Assembly: GCA_000934665.2 (NCBI GenBank)
Contig: KZ538835.1
Coordinates: forward strand, 1 to 64,000
Length of the DNA stretch: 64,000 bases
Source of the DNA: Catajapyx aquilonaris
Taxonomy: Eukaryota
Direction of reading: 5' to 3'
The notes below the pieces were generated by a model. The model saw only the letters and a program-made list of their open reading frames with translations, made no database searches and had not been told where the DNA came from. Position numbers and translations under genes: made by a program. Positions 39,962-54,013 of this stretch are shown here, one piece after another (the first letter of the stretch is position 1; each line of letters opens with the position of its first letter).

Positions 39962-42900
39962 ATGCAAAAGGGCGCCAGCAGAGGGAGCCCGAGCCATTGG
40001 CTGTGTGGCCCATCCATTTTTGGATTCTGCGGGGGCCGTCCTAGTGGGACGGGTCGCCATCCCCTTTTTGCAAATCCAGTGTCTACATCTCTACATCTCC
40101 CTGCATGTATACTCCAGGTATCCCCCGCAAAAGCTTATTCGCACCGAATGGGCACGAGGTTGCTGCTCGCAAACCCTTTTATGGAACCGTGTGGGTTCGA
40201 TCATATATTTTTTCGTGGCCGGCCTTACCCAAGGGCTTTTGTTAAATACCGAGTGTCAATTTTTTAGGACAAGGCAGGAAATGTTGAAAAGCACTTTTCT
40301 ATAGTCTAAGGTTAAGGCTCAATCGTTACGCAAGCAATTAGGACCATTCATATAGAATATTTTAGCAATGTATTTTATAAGATTATAGCATGTTTTCAAG
40401 TAACTAGAACTGCTGCAATGTAAACAAAATGATTACATAACCATGCCTCATTACTGCAGCTACAAATTCCGTTAGTGAAATGTTGCCAGAAAAATTTGTA
40501 GCCTATTGATCGGATGATTCGGCAAATGAAACATTGTCCTTGAACAGGTGGAAGACCTAGTGAATAAACTCAGACCTTGATTACCTAACAGGCGGCAAAG
40601 CGGGTCACTTTTTTATTGCCACCTTGAAAGTGACACCAAAGTTGGTTTGTTCATGTGTCAAATATAGGCCATGTAGTGCACCTACGTCCTCACATACATT
40701 CTTGCGATTTAGGACAAATACACATTTCACATCGAACCTACCCCTGCCATCCTTTTTGAAACCCCACTTTCTAAAATTATGCTATACACACAACTTCCTG
40801 GTGACCTGCCAAAATAGTTGGCTTTGGCCTCATGCCTCGCTCGATCACTGTCTACATCCCACTATGCCATAGAGATACAAATTGTCCTTCATTCTTTAGG
40901 ATACAATGTCACTGGTGTCTTACAGGTGTTCTGTGTTACGCAATTACTCACATTGCCTTCACATTCCTTGATGCAAGATGGCGTGAAAGTGCACAGCAAA
41001 GGTTCACGGCCTGTACTCTCTAGCATACGCCCACATTTGAAAAAAGGAAAAAAAAAACGTGCAATTTTCATGGTGGTGATGGACCCAGACCGATTATCTC
41101 ATAGTGATCAGACCTTGGAAGGGATAATAAAATGTGGAGGAATACTGTGCGTACTTTTTCGGTGACTTTTATGCTCTGCATTTTTACACTCTGAATTCGG
41201 AGCGGAAGTGCGACTTTCAGTTGGCCTAATTTCCACCCACAATTTTGGAACCCATTCCATTCAAAATTGGAACATACAACTACGAACTACAGTATATGAA
41301 AAGGTATAAATATGCTTACGTGTTGTAAAGGGTAATTTGGAATTTTGAATTAAGTGTAACCTTGGAAACATAATACACAGTGTCAATAAAAACATTTCCT
41401 ACCAATATTATTTGGGGTCCCATCCGATGTGCAATATATGATGATGGCAACATTGCATTGGTCCGATGGTAATCACTCCAGTGCAATCGGTGAGCGGATC
41501 TGTCTCTGCAAGGTTACTGGCAAGGCTATCTATCTGTTTCCAAAAGAAGACTTTATATATGCCTTCGTCCTCATTTTGACAATCCCGAAGGTAAACCTGA
41601 ATTGCCATTCACACCCACGGTGCCACGGTGCCTTGTCACCGCACATGAACATTATCATTGCCTGCATCGTACACAATCATCATACACGTACAAACTTTTA
41701 GTGTCGACCAGTCAAAAATGCTTTTAATTGGTGTAAAGCTATGGCTTTCATATTGGTGTCAAACGTGTCATAATTATTCAGACATGATAAGTGACTATTT
41801 GTATAACCAAAGATGGAGTGCCAGAGGACAAAACACTGTCATAGTTTTCCTTCCCATTACGTAACAATCTAATTAAATCTTGCAAATTATATTTAGACTT
41901 ATGACATGACACGTGTTAAATAATAGGCATGATATTAGCAACTTACCGATAAAATAGTGTAGGGCCTACTGAAATGCAGTCCTAGGTCGAGGTTTTACCC
42001 AATGTCGTCAGGTTGACTAGTACGAAGTATAAGAGGTAGCTTATATCGGCAAATTCCGAAGTTGCCGAGACGGGTAGAGCTGTCCAAATAGGGTTGCCAG
42101 AGAGTGGAAGCAAAAAGGCTGTAAGGTTGTGTGGGCGAATAGTGACGCATCTACACGAGCTCGTTTTGGCTTATGTTACTCCTTCTGCTCTTCTTCATTC
42201 TAGGATGCAGGAATGTCATCCAGGATGTCATCATCAGTTCCCCCATTATAGTAATGCTTATTATAGAAGTAAATGTTGAACCAATTCTCACTATATGCTC
42301 TTACAGGCAAAATTAGAAATTCCTTACACTTCTTATTCATATTCAACAATACAGTTCTATACAGATGGTAATAAATAGCTTTTTTTATAGCTGAAATAAA
42401 ACCTTTCCAGAGCCATACTTATCCTTATGAATAATTACAACGACAATAAGAGTAAAGAAATATGCAAGGGCGATAAAGCGAGGAGAAAAAGTTACATTAC
42501 GGTTTCAACAAACCATTCATCACTCCTACCTACATTCTGGTGCGCGGCTTGCTCTGCTTTTAGTTAGACTTCTCATCATGAAAGTGTGTCAGTTTGCACA
42601 ACTACAACTGATGTAAGCAAACCGACAAATAGGGCGCCTATTAATCACGTCTTTATTCCTCTGCTACATCTATGCAGAGATAGAGTATTTTTACTCTGCT
42701 GATACGAAGCATACTTTGTAAAACAGACCTATCCTGCTTACTTTTTTGGGTCACTTAAAATTGATGATACAACAACTAGTCGGAGATCAATTTTTTCTCA
42801 CGACCTGAGATCAAGTATCCGAGAGGCCTAACTCAGTTATTAAGGAACATCCGGTTTGTCCCATTAATAACTTGCCGCAAAGTAGGCTATACTTACTGTT

Positions 42901-42971
42901 AAGTACAGTTTAATTAGAGGAAATGTTGGGGGGACTTAGTTTACTAGCGTGAGATACAGCCTCCGACTCAT

Positions 42972-45900
42972 TTACTGGCTTTCAGGACTGGCTTCTTCCG
43001 GACGTGCTGTATAGAAAAGGGAAAAGCCTCGTAAGAATTCTTGCTCTCAGAGGTTTTCATACAGAAGCCAATGCGGGCTTACTGGAACATGATCCCGGAT
43101 AGAAGCTGATGTCGTCGACGGCAAAGCCACCGTTGGTAGCCTGGCCTTCCAGGACCAATTTGAAGGCTGACCTGGCGTCCACGGCCACCTGTGCAGGCCT
43201 CCACTCCGGACGGACAGTGTCCACGTTGACCGCGGTCAGAGACCACAGCTGAAAACAGAATGTGAATCAGTTTGCCTGAAGAGAATATTATGAGAACCTA
43301 TACACGTACCAGGGTGCCTTCTTGTTCGTCGGTGCCATTGCCCTCGCTGCTGTTGGAATCTGGCAGCCTGAGGACCCTCAACTGGGTCGATTCTCCAGCC
43401 CCAAATGCGGAAAACCAGAAGGTTGCACATAGAACACTCTGGTCCGGTTGGGGTTTCATTGATGGGGACACTAGTCGGACTGGGTTGCCGTCAGCATTCT
43501 GGTTGAAGATGTCGAAGTATGCGTAACCGACTGCCAAATAAACAGGACGAAATGATGAACGTCTGTTACGACTTACGATCACGAGCTATACAGCAGTACC
43601 TGGTGCCTTAAAGGTGTTGTCTGGAAGGTTTGCAGGTCGTCGAGAAATAGTGGCTACTTGCCACTGAAACAGTGGATCTTTGGAGACGTTTCGCCATCCG
43701 CAGGCATCCTTTTCAAAGAAGCATTCTCCTTCGTGGACAAAAGCACTTTCTGGCAAAGCTGCAAATATGGATGTAGTCACATTACGTCACCCAATCATGT
43801 CGTGTACGACCTTACTTGTGCATGCTCCTTCAAAGAACGTAATGTCGTCAATCGCAATGTATCCAGTGGGACGACTTGAACCGATAACACCTTCGAAGAC
43901 AATCTGTAAAATAATAATACTAACAATAACACCTGACATAATGTACGAAGCATTTAATTACGCAGCGTACTCACGTGAAACTTGTCTTTCTCCTGAATCG
44001 CTGCCTGAGCATATTTCCAAGACGGTCCTTGCTGATTGTACAGTCGCCAAATAGGTCTCATCTTGGACATTCCGTTTTCGTCAATGGTCTTTGTGTATAC
44101 TTTCAACCCTCCCAGGCTTGGACCAGTACTGTCAATGAATGGCTCGTGCATGTAGTACCTGAATTGAAGGTTTTAAAATGTGGAAATTAACAAGGAAGTA
44201 TAGAAATAATTAACGAGCCAAACTATGAAATGTTATCAACCGGAAAGAGAGGCATCTCGCTTCTTCTCCGCCTTCAAATTCTCGTGACATCAACCAAGCT
44301 TTGTCTCCTGCACGTTGGACACTTCCGGTTGCTAACGTCATCACATTTCCTGCACAAAAATACAAAAGGTTTTCAGTAATCTATATCTAGAAAAATTACT
44401 AGCCAAGGGTTCACCTGATTCACTTCCCAGCGTGTGGTCAGTTGGTGGAGCCCTTCCGCCTTTGCCCAGCCTTCGCTCCCAATCCAGGTCGTCCAATCGG
44501 AGTGAAGATAAGACATTCATCCAGTTGCACTCGTCAACTTCAAAAGAGCAATCCCCAGATCGAGGAGATGCCGCCTGTGGTGCACCTGTGAATGTGAAAC
44601 ATTGCATTGGACACAAACAGACAATAACTGAAGAGATATACTGACTTGGACAAGCCCCTGGAGAAAACGAAATGTCGTCGATAGCAATGTCTCCAAGCTC
44701 GTTTCTTCCAATGACGGCCTCGTAAACAATCTGTAACAATTCACATGACTTTATATTCTTGAAATTAATTGCCAATATTTCATCAGAGTGGCTGTCTCAC
44801 CCTGAAGGGCTTGCTGGACGAAATGGGAACCTGTGCTTGGTACCAAGCGTTTCCAGCTTCTCCATTGAGACTCCAAACCACTGTATCCACTCTTTGATTG
44901 GTATCCACCAGTAGCACACGAAGAGTACCAATTCCAGTGCCCAACATGTGTGTCCAAAATCTCATGCACAGAGGACTATCGGCACCTGCGCATTTTTATA
45001 AATTACTGTTAAATATATAATAATTGACACCTGCAGTTGTTATTTCGAGGCTTATCGGGTTGACAAGTGCAAGTGCCATTATGCAAAGCACATTACAGGA
45101 AACTGACAGAAAAGCAGTGTGTTCACCTGGATGATTCATGACTGAGCTACGTTGATCGTTTATTTTATGGCCGATGGCAAAGAGATGTTAGATCGATAGC
45201 CTAGTATCTATTAAAACCGTGTTGATTGAACGACCTTCCCTTTTATCATGCTGGAGAGAAAGAATATGTCGTTTTTTCCACGGGGTTCACTTTGATCAAA
45301 ATTCTGCTTCAAAAAACAGCGTTTTGTATCCTGCAAGGCGCGTTCTTTGTCTGGTGCCGGAAGTATGACTATATTTATGCGGTTTAGCGTGTCGGGGGCA
45401 CTTGGACCATTGAGTCCGGTGAATTTTTTTCACACATAGTGTATAATGCACAGGAAAAGCTCTGAACTGCCACTTGGCCGTCGACCTCACCAGCAACTCT
45501 GCCGTCGGTTTCCGAGGTCACATATCCCCCAAGAAAATTATGGCATGGGGTTGTTGGGCACATGCTGGGAGTCAATAAACGGATGCGACCAATGCAGCCG
45601 CGTGCAACGCGTTCATTGACATTTGCAGGAAGGGTATGGCCGTTTCATAACACGTACATTTAATAGCCACGTCATTATGATGAGTGTCCAATTGCACGGC
45701 TACGAAGCGCAAGAAGCTAATCATAAAATGCCAACAATGATCAGTATGTATGCATAAAATGTGATGCCAGTAGCAAACAAGTGGAGGATGAGCATTGACG
45801 CATTATGCTTATACGACAAAAGGCTCAATCGCCGGCAATAAAATGGAACAACGGGCTCACCAGTTGGCGCGAATTCAATGCTGGCTAATCTCGCTTTATC

Positions 45901-48888
45901 TCCAGCTCGGCGAGGGTATGACGAATCGATGTATGCGTATCCACCAGTGACACCGCCATTGGTGTAGCTTCCTCTGTCAACCACAGGGCCTGTCAATGGG
46001 TTCCGACTTCCTCTGCCCTATGTACATGTAAAACAATTTTTTTTTTTGTAAAAGACCGTAATTCAAATAATTTTGCTGAACTTGCCAGCTTCCAATCGAA
46101 ATCATCCCCTTCTGCCTCGTTGCTCCAGCCACAAAAACCACCATCAAATGGACAATGGCCCGGGCAACCTTCCAGATTACGAAGGTCCAAATTGTCAACT
46201 GCCAAATAGCCTCTGTATCTCCTTGTGGGGTCCGCAGCATCTTTTGGTACAGCCTCTAGCACCACCTGATAAGGTGCGAAACGGTTAATTGGGAACAATA
46301 GTGTCATAAAACGAAAGATGGCACCCACTACTAAGAATTTACTCATCGGAACGCCCAAGAATGATGATTTGAACCAGATCATTGCACAAGCGTGATTTAA
46401 GAGAGGGAAAGCGATCATTAGAGCTTGACATGTGTAGGAATCAGCCCGTTACACCATGCTTGTTAGAGTGGTCTACTGTTCCTTTTCCAGCCTCCTCCCT
46501 TTTCCTTCTCACAGCGAGAAGGTCCAATTATATCACACCTGATGAGGAAAACTGCATGTGTACACCACTTCTGCTGTCCGCCAGTCTCCACCTGTAGGGT
46601 CTCTAGTTTCCAGAAGAAGGATGTCTTGAGGATGTTCTCCGCCGAGTTGCCTTCCATCCAGTTCCTCAGGTTCTTCTGGGATTTGACGCAGCAGCACTCG
46701 GAGTCGATCCGCACTCAATCCGTCAATGGCATAGCTAAAGAACCATTTGTCAGTTTATTTGTTTTTACCAAATTTACACCTAAGCGTAACGCTTACTTAA
46801 AAACTAAGCATGCTCCTTTGGGACCGGTCGGCTCCATCAAAGGACTGAGAATCATGCCATTATGGTCTGCTGGACTTCTGGCTACTGGCGGAATCTGTGA
46901 TGCTTCAAAGAGGATGTACCCACCTGCAATAAAGGAAAGCGATAGCGTATTCATCCTGAACGCAAATTAGTTGGCTGTTACGGGAGACTGACAATAAACA
47001 TCACGCACACTGTGGGAATGCTCCAAAATAATTCTTTAAATTGCGGGGGAGCATCCGTTGTAATAGTCACTGCTGCATAGTGGCCTCGCCCCACATATAC
47101 AGTTGTGCAGCCCACATTATATCTTTTTTTTTCCTGTCCGTTTTTAGAAAATGGGTTGGAACGCACCTTGCTCGTCGTTTTCGGTGGCGTCGATGCATGG
47201 GCCTCCGTACCAGTTGCATGTGGCGCCGGCGCCTTCTCTCCATTTCTGGGTTGTGTCATTTGGGAAATGTTGCCATCCGCAGATGGTCAGGTCGTCAACG
47301 CGACCGAATGCGCATGCATCTGTCGGAATACGACAAAACACGTGAAAAATTTTGTTGGGTTAGCCATATTTTAAAAGCCGGCTGGGACCTTCCTCAAGAA
47401 AAAGGTTCTGCATCACTGATCTTTCGCAAGGTTTGCTGATGTAAGCAAGTATATAGACAATGCTGCTTACCAGGTTGTGATTGCCTCCGTGATCTCACCT
47501 GTAAGGAAAGAACAAAGGTTACTAATATTAACCTTATCAGATCGCAGACGTACGTAATCGCCAAGTTAGTAATTATGACACATCCTGCACGTGTAAGAGA
47601 CAGCAATATTTTTTGAAGGCACAGAAAAATACCCCGTACACAAAAATAAGAAGTAGTACATTTTTTCAGAGCCAGAAGGTCAAGCTGAAGTTGTCATACT
47701 TGCTGTCATTGCCTGAGAACACTTCAAGCATGAAGCGTTTGATTAGCCAGAAATGACTGCCTCATAACCTATTATTTGTGGCTTCAGTGAAGGCCGGGAA
47801 GTTTTGATGTGTGTTTACTCACAAATTCGGGGAACAACTTTTGATTATACACTTGACGAACTCTCCCTCTCAATCTCTCATTGCCTGGAGAAATGACCGC
47901 TTGGCTATGTGTGCCTGTGAGGGACTCTATTTACAGGTAAAAACCTCATTAACACCTTTACCAATGTCGAGAATCTCAACGTGTATATGTTTGCTTCTTC
48001 TGACAAAGCACCAGTCCATTCAGTTTAATCCGAACTAATAATATAATAAATTTACACTGTAATAATTCGAGGCTTGTTGCTTGAGAGACGACGGAAAGAA
48101 GTAAAGGGCGGAGGTCAAAGATCGACGTGACTATGCAGTCAATGTCTCTGAACAGTTAATTTGCAGTTTATTAACGTTGCGATTGTGTGGGAAATGAGAA
48201 GTGCTATTAGAATTCAGCTGTAATTGTGCAATAATCAGATGTATTTCGAACATGTTTGCACACGGATGCATCTAGATGCATCTCATTATCTCTTACTTTC
48301 ATGGAACCCTTACAAAAAGACTATGGCTGCACCCATTCAGACGACGCGACGGTGTAAACATGGCTCGAAATTCTTCCAATAAAAGACAGTGTTCAAGAAC
48401 TATAAACTTGATTGAACACTTTCTGAGATTTTTAAGAAGGTTTACGCTCATTTACCTTTGAACATAACTGCATGTTTCTAAATAAAAATATGATTTCCGA
48501 GACGTATATTGTGTATGTTGCGTGACATTCCAATTGCACAGAAGGCGGGCAGGTACAAAAATACATAATGATAATTGCCGTATAAAAAACGCACATGTAG
48601 CACGGGTGCTGACCTTCAATCGTAATATGAAGGCACATCGCAACATGGCTAAAATGCCGCTTTATGCATTTAGAAATAACAATGCACCTGCTCCGAAATC
48701 TAATAACTGCACTACCTGTTATGGGACACTGAGGCATCTGAGCCATATAAAGTGAATAGCATGAAACCATATCTTACCTCTTGTGCTGGCGCACTTTCCC
48801 CTTGTAGTGGAGTAGAAGACACTTGCAGAATCAACACACTCCACAGCACTAATAAATTCCGTAATAGTCTTGCTGTCCCAGCAGCCAT
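42972..48888 (-). CDS. Secreted protein with four tandem MAM domains (MAMDC2-like architecture), 17 coding exons
   Basis: Signal-peptide exon 48888-48778 (MAAGTARLLRNLLVLWSVLILQVSSTPLQGESAPAQE) and microexon VRSRRQSQP. Four MAM repeats start CAFG..ICGW, CPFDGGFCGW, CSFEVDECNW and CFFEKDACGW, and end LAVDNL, IAIDDISF, IAIDDITF and FAVDDISF. Stop at 42974-42972; no transmembrane segment. A probable 5'UTR exon lies at ~49318-49473. Confidence 0.9.
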
Positions 48889-50588
48889 TGCTGTATATCC
48901 CTATTCTTCCTGCAAGTTTAACATTGCGTAACTCTCTTTCTTCTGTGAATGTTTTATGTAGCCTATACAAATAGCACGATGAGTAGTACTAGCTAAAGTC
49001 TGACTCCTTATACCTTACCACTGTTCATTTTAAAAATTATCTCAGCTAGCTAATTAGAAGAGATAAATCATACAGAGTAAAAATGGCAAGGATTCGAAGC
49101 TTGGAAAAATGCTCTTCACAAATTATTTAACTTTGCTTAATTTTTTTGTATGATGTAGTCTACAGTTTACATTACATGAAGCTGCAACAGCAAATTCAAT
49201 GTCGCAAACGTGTCTTACGTCACATTTATCTAAATCATTTTTTACAAAATGTAAGCATAGCTACACGGATGGATAAAAATGCCTAATGTTATGGCAGTGC
49301 GAACCTAACCTTCCGTACCTCCTAGTTGATGTTGAAGAGATTCCTATACAGTTGGAGGGCAGCCCTCCTGCACTGGTCTTCTTCGGCTGACTGAGTTTCA
49401 ACCCACTCCGATGGCGTGTTTTGCTCGGCGGGCTCTCGGTTGCCTCGGCGACGGAAGTGCCGTGGCTTGAAACCTACAACTTCACTTTTCAACTGCCCAA
49501 ATACCGTACTTAGACCCTGGCTCCTCCGCCATTATCATCACACCTCAGCACGTTAATGGCAGGCTTTAACTGACTCGACAACTGATAGAAACCTCATGCG
49601 GTTTGATCGGAAATGACATGAGTCGCGACTGGGCTGGTCATTCGTACTGCATTTTTTTACCCCTAAAACATCCATCCGGGAAATGTTTCCGGGAATAGAA
49701 GGACAAAACAGCAGGGCAATACGCTTGTAAAGTCCCTTCCTGGGCATATGATCTCTGGAAGCGATAGTTACAGGTAGCAACTATGAGCTGGCAGCAAAAG
49801 CACAGAACAATAAAGCACACATGACATACGTAATAATAACAATAATTTATTTATTTTTACATTAATGGGTTTCCCTATTGACTTATGCCAATACGCAGTT
49901 TAAAACAGTATATGACGTGTAATGGGTTTTTGGCCCACAATATGCAAAATTGCAGACCCATGGTCCGTTGCTTCTGATGATAGGGATGACTGACCACACC
50001 TCAGCAACCAAGGCCAAAAGGGCCTACCGGTCACTGCTCCATCGGCAGCCTCCGGCAATCTCTGGTTTAACAAATAAACGGGACCCTTTCCTACCACCCA
50101 TGGATGACCTATTGCCCCCTTCAAATTGGGGGGAAAAAACACTGACAATTTTTACTGCTTAATTGCTTCTGGGCTTGTTTTTTTTTCACCACAGGTTAAA
50201 ACCAGTTAGGGGAAATAGATTATTGCCCTAGGAAAAATCTGACTCCTTTCAGAAGTTCAAGGTTTCTGATTCCGCCTCGCCACTCCCCCCGAAATAATGA
50301 AAGGGTCAGGTTCGTTAATACAAAAAAAAAAAAATCAAGCACATGTATATAGCATTGCATTTAAAGGGTGTCTTCAGAAGTTCAACACTTGTGCCAACAC
50401 TCTGCACACTTGCTAACAGTATACAGCTGTGCCGTGCAATATTCTGCGCAACCCTTTTTATCACTTTTATAAATACATTGCGACACGTAATGGTTTTTAC
50501 AGCTTATGCGTGTCGGACTATAATGAGGACTAGTCAAAAGGAGGAACAAAAGTAGGTCCCATCACCCAGCAGATATTGAGGAAGAGGT

Positions 50589-53500
50589 TCACTTTTTTCC
50601 GGAAGAGCAGCAACTATTCTTCCGCTCGATATGAGCCGCATCGATCTTCAGGATCGAAGTTTGCATCTCCACATCCTCGTGCTTCATCATTTCCCTGAAA
50701 ATTAGCCCAAATAAATATTATTATCTCATTCTGACAATTACAGTATGAATGCTATCAGAATATTGAATAATTGAGAGTTTAATTTACCTGGAGAGCGAAA
50801 TGATAGCCTCCTGGACATTGTTTCCAGTCATGCTGCTGGTTTGAAAGAAAGAGGCTCCTTGCTGACGTGCCAGCTTCTCTCCATCTTCCCATGGAACCCT
50901 CCATCGTCCGTTTTGGACCAGATCTATTTTATTGGCGCACAAGACTAGCGGTAGAGGTTTTTCTGTAGAAGCCTGGGAAACACGACCACTATTATCATCA
51001 AAATATTTTGAACAGCAGACAGCAAACAGTACGCTTAAGATAATGCAAGTAGCCTATACCTCAATGTCTTGAACCCAGTGGCGAATGTTGAGGTATGAAT
51101 TCTCGCTGGTCACGTCGTACAGAAGAAGCACACCGTCTGCCCTCCTGAAGTACGTCTTGGTAATAGATCTGAATCTCTCCTGGCCAGCAGTGTCCCACAA
51201 CTGAACAACCACATTGTGCCCATCCACCGACAAAGTCTTTACCTGGAAGTCCACTCCTTCGTGACATAACGCCAATTACTACTTGCCCATAATTTACAGC
51301 ACTGAAAGCATTTTACAGCACTGAAATTTAAGTGTCTCACCAAGTGTGGATGCTAATGATGAGCTGAAAGTGCCTTTGCACACGCGATGTATGAAGCATG
51401 ACTTTCCTACCGATGCGTCTCCAGCAAGCACCACCTTGTAGGTGCGACCAGGAGGACCAGAATTTGACCATCTGCGACACCGGTCATCAACAGGTGAATT
51501 CAAATAATTTGGTGTTGTCGGAAAGCTTGAATTTTCACTCAGGCGGTAATCAGAAGACTTTCTTCTCATCTCTGCTTCCGAATCGAGTATCTCATCGTGC
51601 AGTGAGACATTGCTTAACACTTCTAAAGGGTCTCGCATTGTTGAATGGCCACTATCTACATTGCGTAAAATCAGTATTATATTTAGACCCTTTTGGTGCA
51701 TGAACCTAACTAACCTAGGTCATCCATAAGCCTCTGTATGCGGTATGAACCATTCCTGTGCTCTGCGCAAGGTGATCCTCTTTGAGATTCGCGGCCAGCT
51801 TCGGAAGGAGACCTGCTCCTGTAAGACAGCGATTAATTTTCATTGCTCTTTACGACATAGAAGTGCACACATATACCTTTGGTTATTATTACGGCGCTGG
51901 GAAGATTCGGAGGCCACAGAAGAATGCTGAGATCCGTCATCTAAATTCACAGACACAAAAGGGTTTGATGCCACACTGGAAGTGCTGCACCTCATGTCCG
52001 TTGACCCCAGAAGACTGTCATTGGTGTCCTGCAGACGTTTGTTGGCTTCGCTGTTGAGTAAACAAGGACATTACAGCTATATAATATGGATGATGTGGTT
52101 ATAAATCAAGCCAGGTGTCGGAAGAATACTCACTGCAGCAATTGCAGTTGCCTGTGAATGTGGTCATTTTGGTGCATGTACTCCACTACTGTCTCTCGTT
52201 CTCTGAAAATATTATTAAATTTTAAAATATACCAATTAAGTTCTAATTGTGTTTGTGGTATTTAGTGCAAAGGACAAAAGCCATAACTTGGATTTTCCCT
52301 GTCACAATAGCTACGCATATGACACAATGGAATAGCCCATGGGGATTCCTCATGCAGGAAATATGTAGATGTGTAGGAGGTGTTACATGGTTTTGTTACA
52401 GAAAGAAAACGAGAACAGCATCAATAAAGCAGAAACTGATTATGACCCATTGATCCTAACACTTGCTGTATCTGTCAGATGACATTGACCCTTTTTGTAT
52501 AGACTATGGGGGTAATCCCGAAAGGCAAGTAGCTAGCATAATAGACCTACTTGTGAAGTTCTCTGCACTTGTCCTCGTACTGAGTTCGCATCTGAGACAA
52601 TTCTGACCGCAAAAGAGCAACACTAGTCTGTGTCTCTGCTAATGACAGTCTCAGCTGACGAGTCTCTTGCATGGCATCTTCTAAGCGCCGCTTTGCTTCT
52701 TCTTTCCTACCCTCCTGCTTCTCATGCTGCATCCACTGGTCCACCTGCCCATTAAACAATCATAAACGATTCGTGGTATAAATAATATTGATGACGTCTG
52801 TATAAGTTAAAAAGGGATGCAGACCTTCTGGAACAAGTGCAACTGATTTTGCAGTTCCATTAGTTCGGACTCCATTTTGACCTGCAAGGCCTCTCGTTGC
52901 AGGTCAAGATCTCGACGAGATTCTTCTCTGGCACGAGCTTCTGCCTTGGACACTTGGACCTCCATCTCCTCCTCCAAATTCTTCAGATGAACTGAATGAG
53001 ACTCTCTTTCTCTGAAACAATACGGTTTCATTTTGAAAGCCACCGACCCATCTGAAGAACACAATTAAGTTTCCATCATTTTTTTAATGTGCATAATTTT
53101 TGGGGGGTCTAAATATCGACCTTGGAAAAATTACCAGTAGAGATCAATCAAGTGTGCAAAAACTCTGCAGGCGTCTACGATCACGTTTGGAAGGAAGTAA
53201 TCATTCTTCCAGCTGCCAATTCTTATCATGGCCCGCTATCGACTGACCCCTTCATGCTCGCGAAGTATAGTGTAATTATAAATCAGGATCCTATGTAGTT
53301 TTCATAGCCTGTCAGCAATTTTCCTTTCCCTTCCCAAAAATAAACGGTAATCTCACCTCCTAAACGTCTCTTCCAGGCTCTTATTCTCCTTGTAAAGCGC
53401 AAGGGTATCGGTGATGAGAGCTTCGAGGGCGCCTTCGAATCGTGAAATTAGCCGAGGAGCGCTACTGCCCATCTGCAGCTGCTGGTGCAGATCACACAGC

Positions 53501-54013
53501 TGCTCCCAACTATTCGAGAGAATATTCTTTGTATCCATCAACACTTCCTGTCCCAACTTCATCAACATGACAACATATTGGTAGAAGGTTCTATACGTCA
53601 TTAGCTCTTAGTTATTATAATCACCTGGTTTGCAACAACTTTTGCAACTGGTCATCATGGCCGAGGCTGTCGACAAAGTCCTTGAAGGGCTTCAGGGAAC
53701 CTCTTCGTTTGTGGTCCGTATTGTTGTCGTCAGCAACAGCACCGTTGTTTTCTTCCTCGATTGTTACCAGGAAGGAGTTACGTCTGGAAGCAACCGCTGA
53801 AGGTCCCAAGTACTCGCGAAATCCATTCGCAAAGTCAGCAAAACTAATCCGACCATCCCCATCCCCATCCAAGTCTCTGAATATGCTCTGAGCTTCTTTG
53901 CATCCAATCCCAAATCCGGAGCACAACTCTGCGAAATCGTCCGGACCCACGAATCCGGAACCCGTAGCGTCACAGGCTGCAAAAAGTCCGTCCAACTTCA
54001 CGTTGCAAGTCAT
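50589..54013 (-). CDS. RASEF: Ras and EF-hand domain-containing protein (RASEF/Rab45-like large Rab), 11 coding exons
   Basis: EF-hands ([26 protein letters not shown]), long coiled coil, and a Rab domain with [21 protein letters not shown] and NKID. C-terminal SCCSSGKK* is a prenylation-type motif. Confidence 0.9.

Noticed and set aside
40140..40205. tRNA or SINE-like B-box GGGTTCGATC upstream of HSP70
   Set aside because: No cloverleaf stems can be formed and the A-box is poor.
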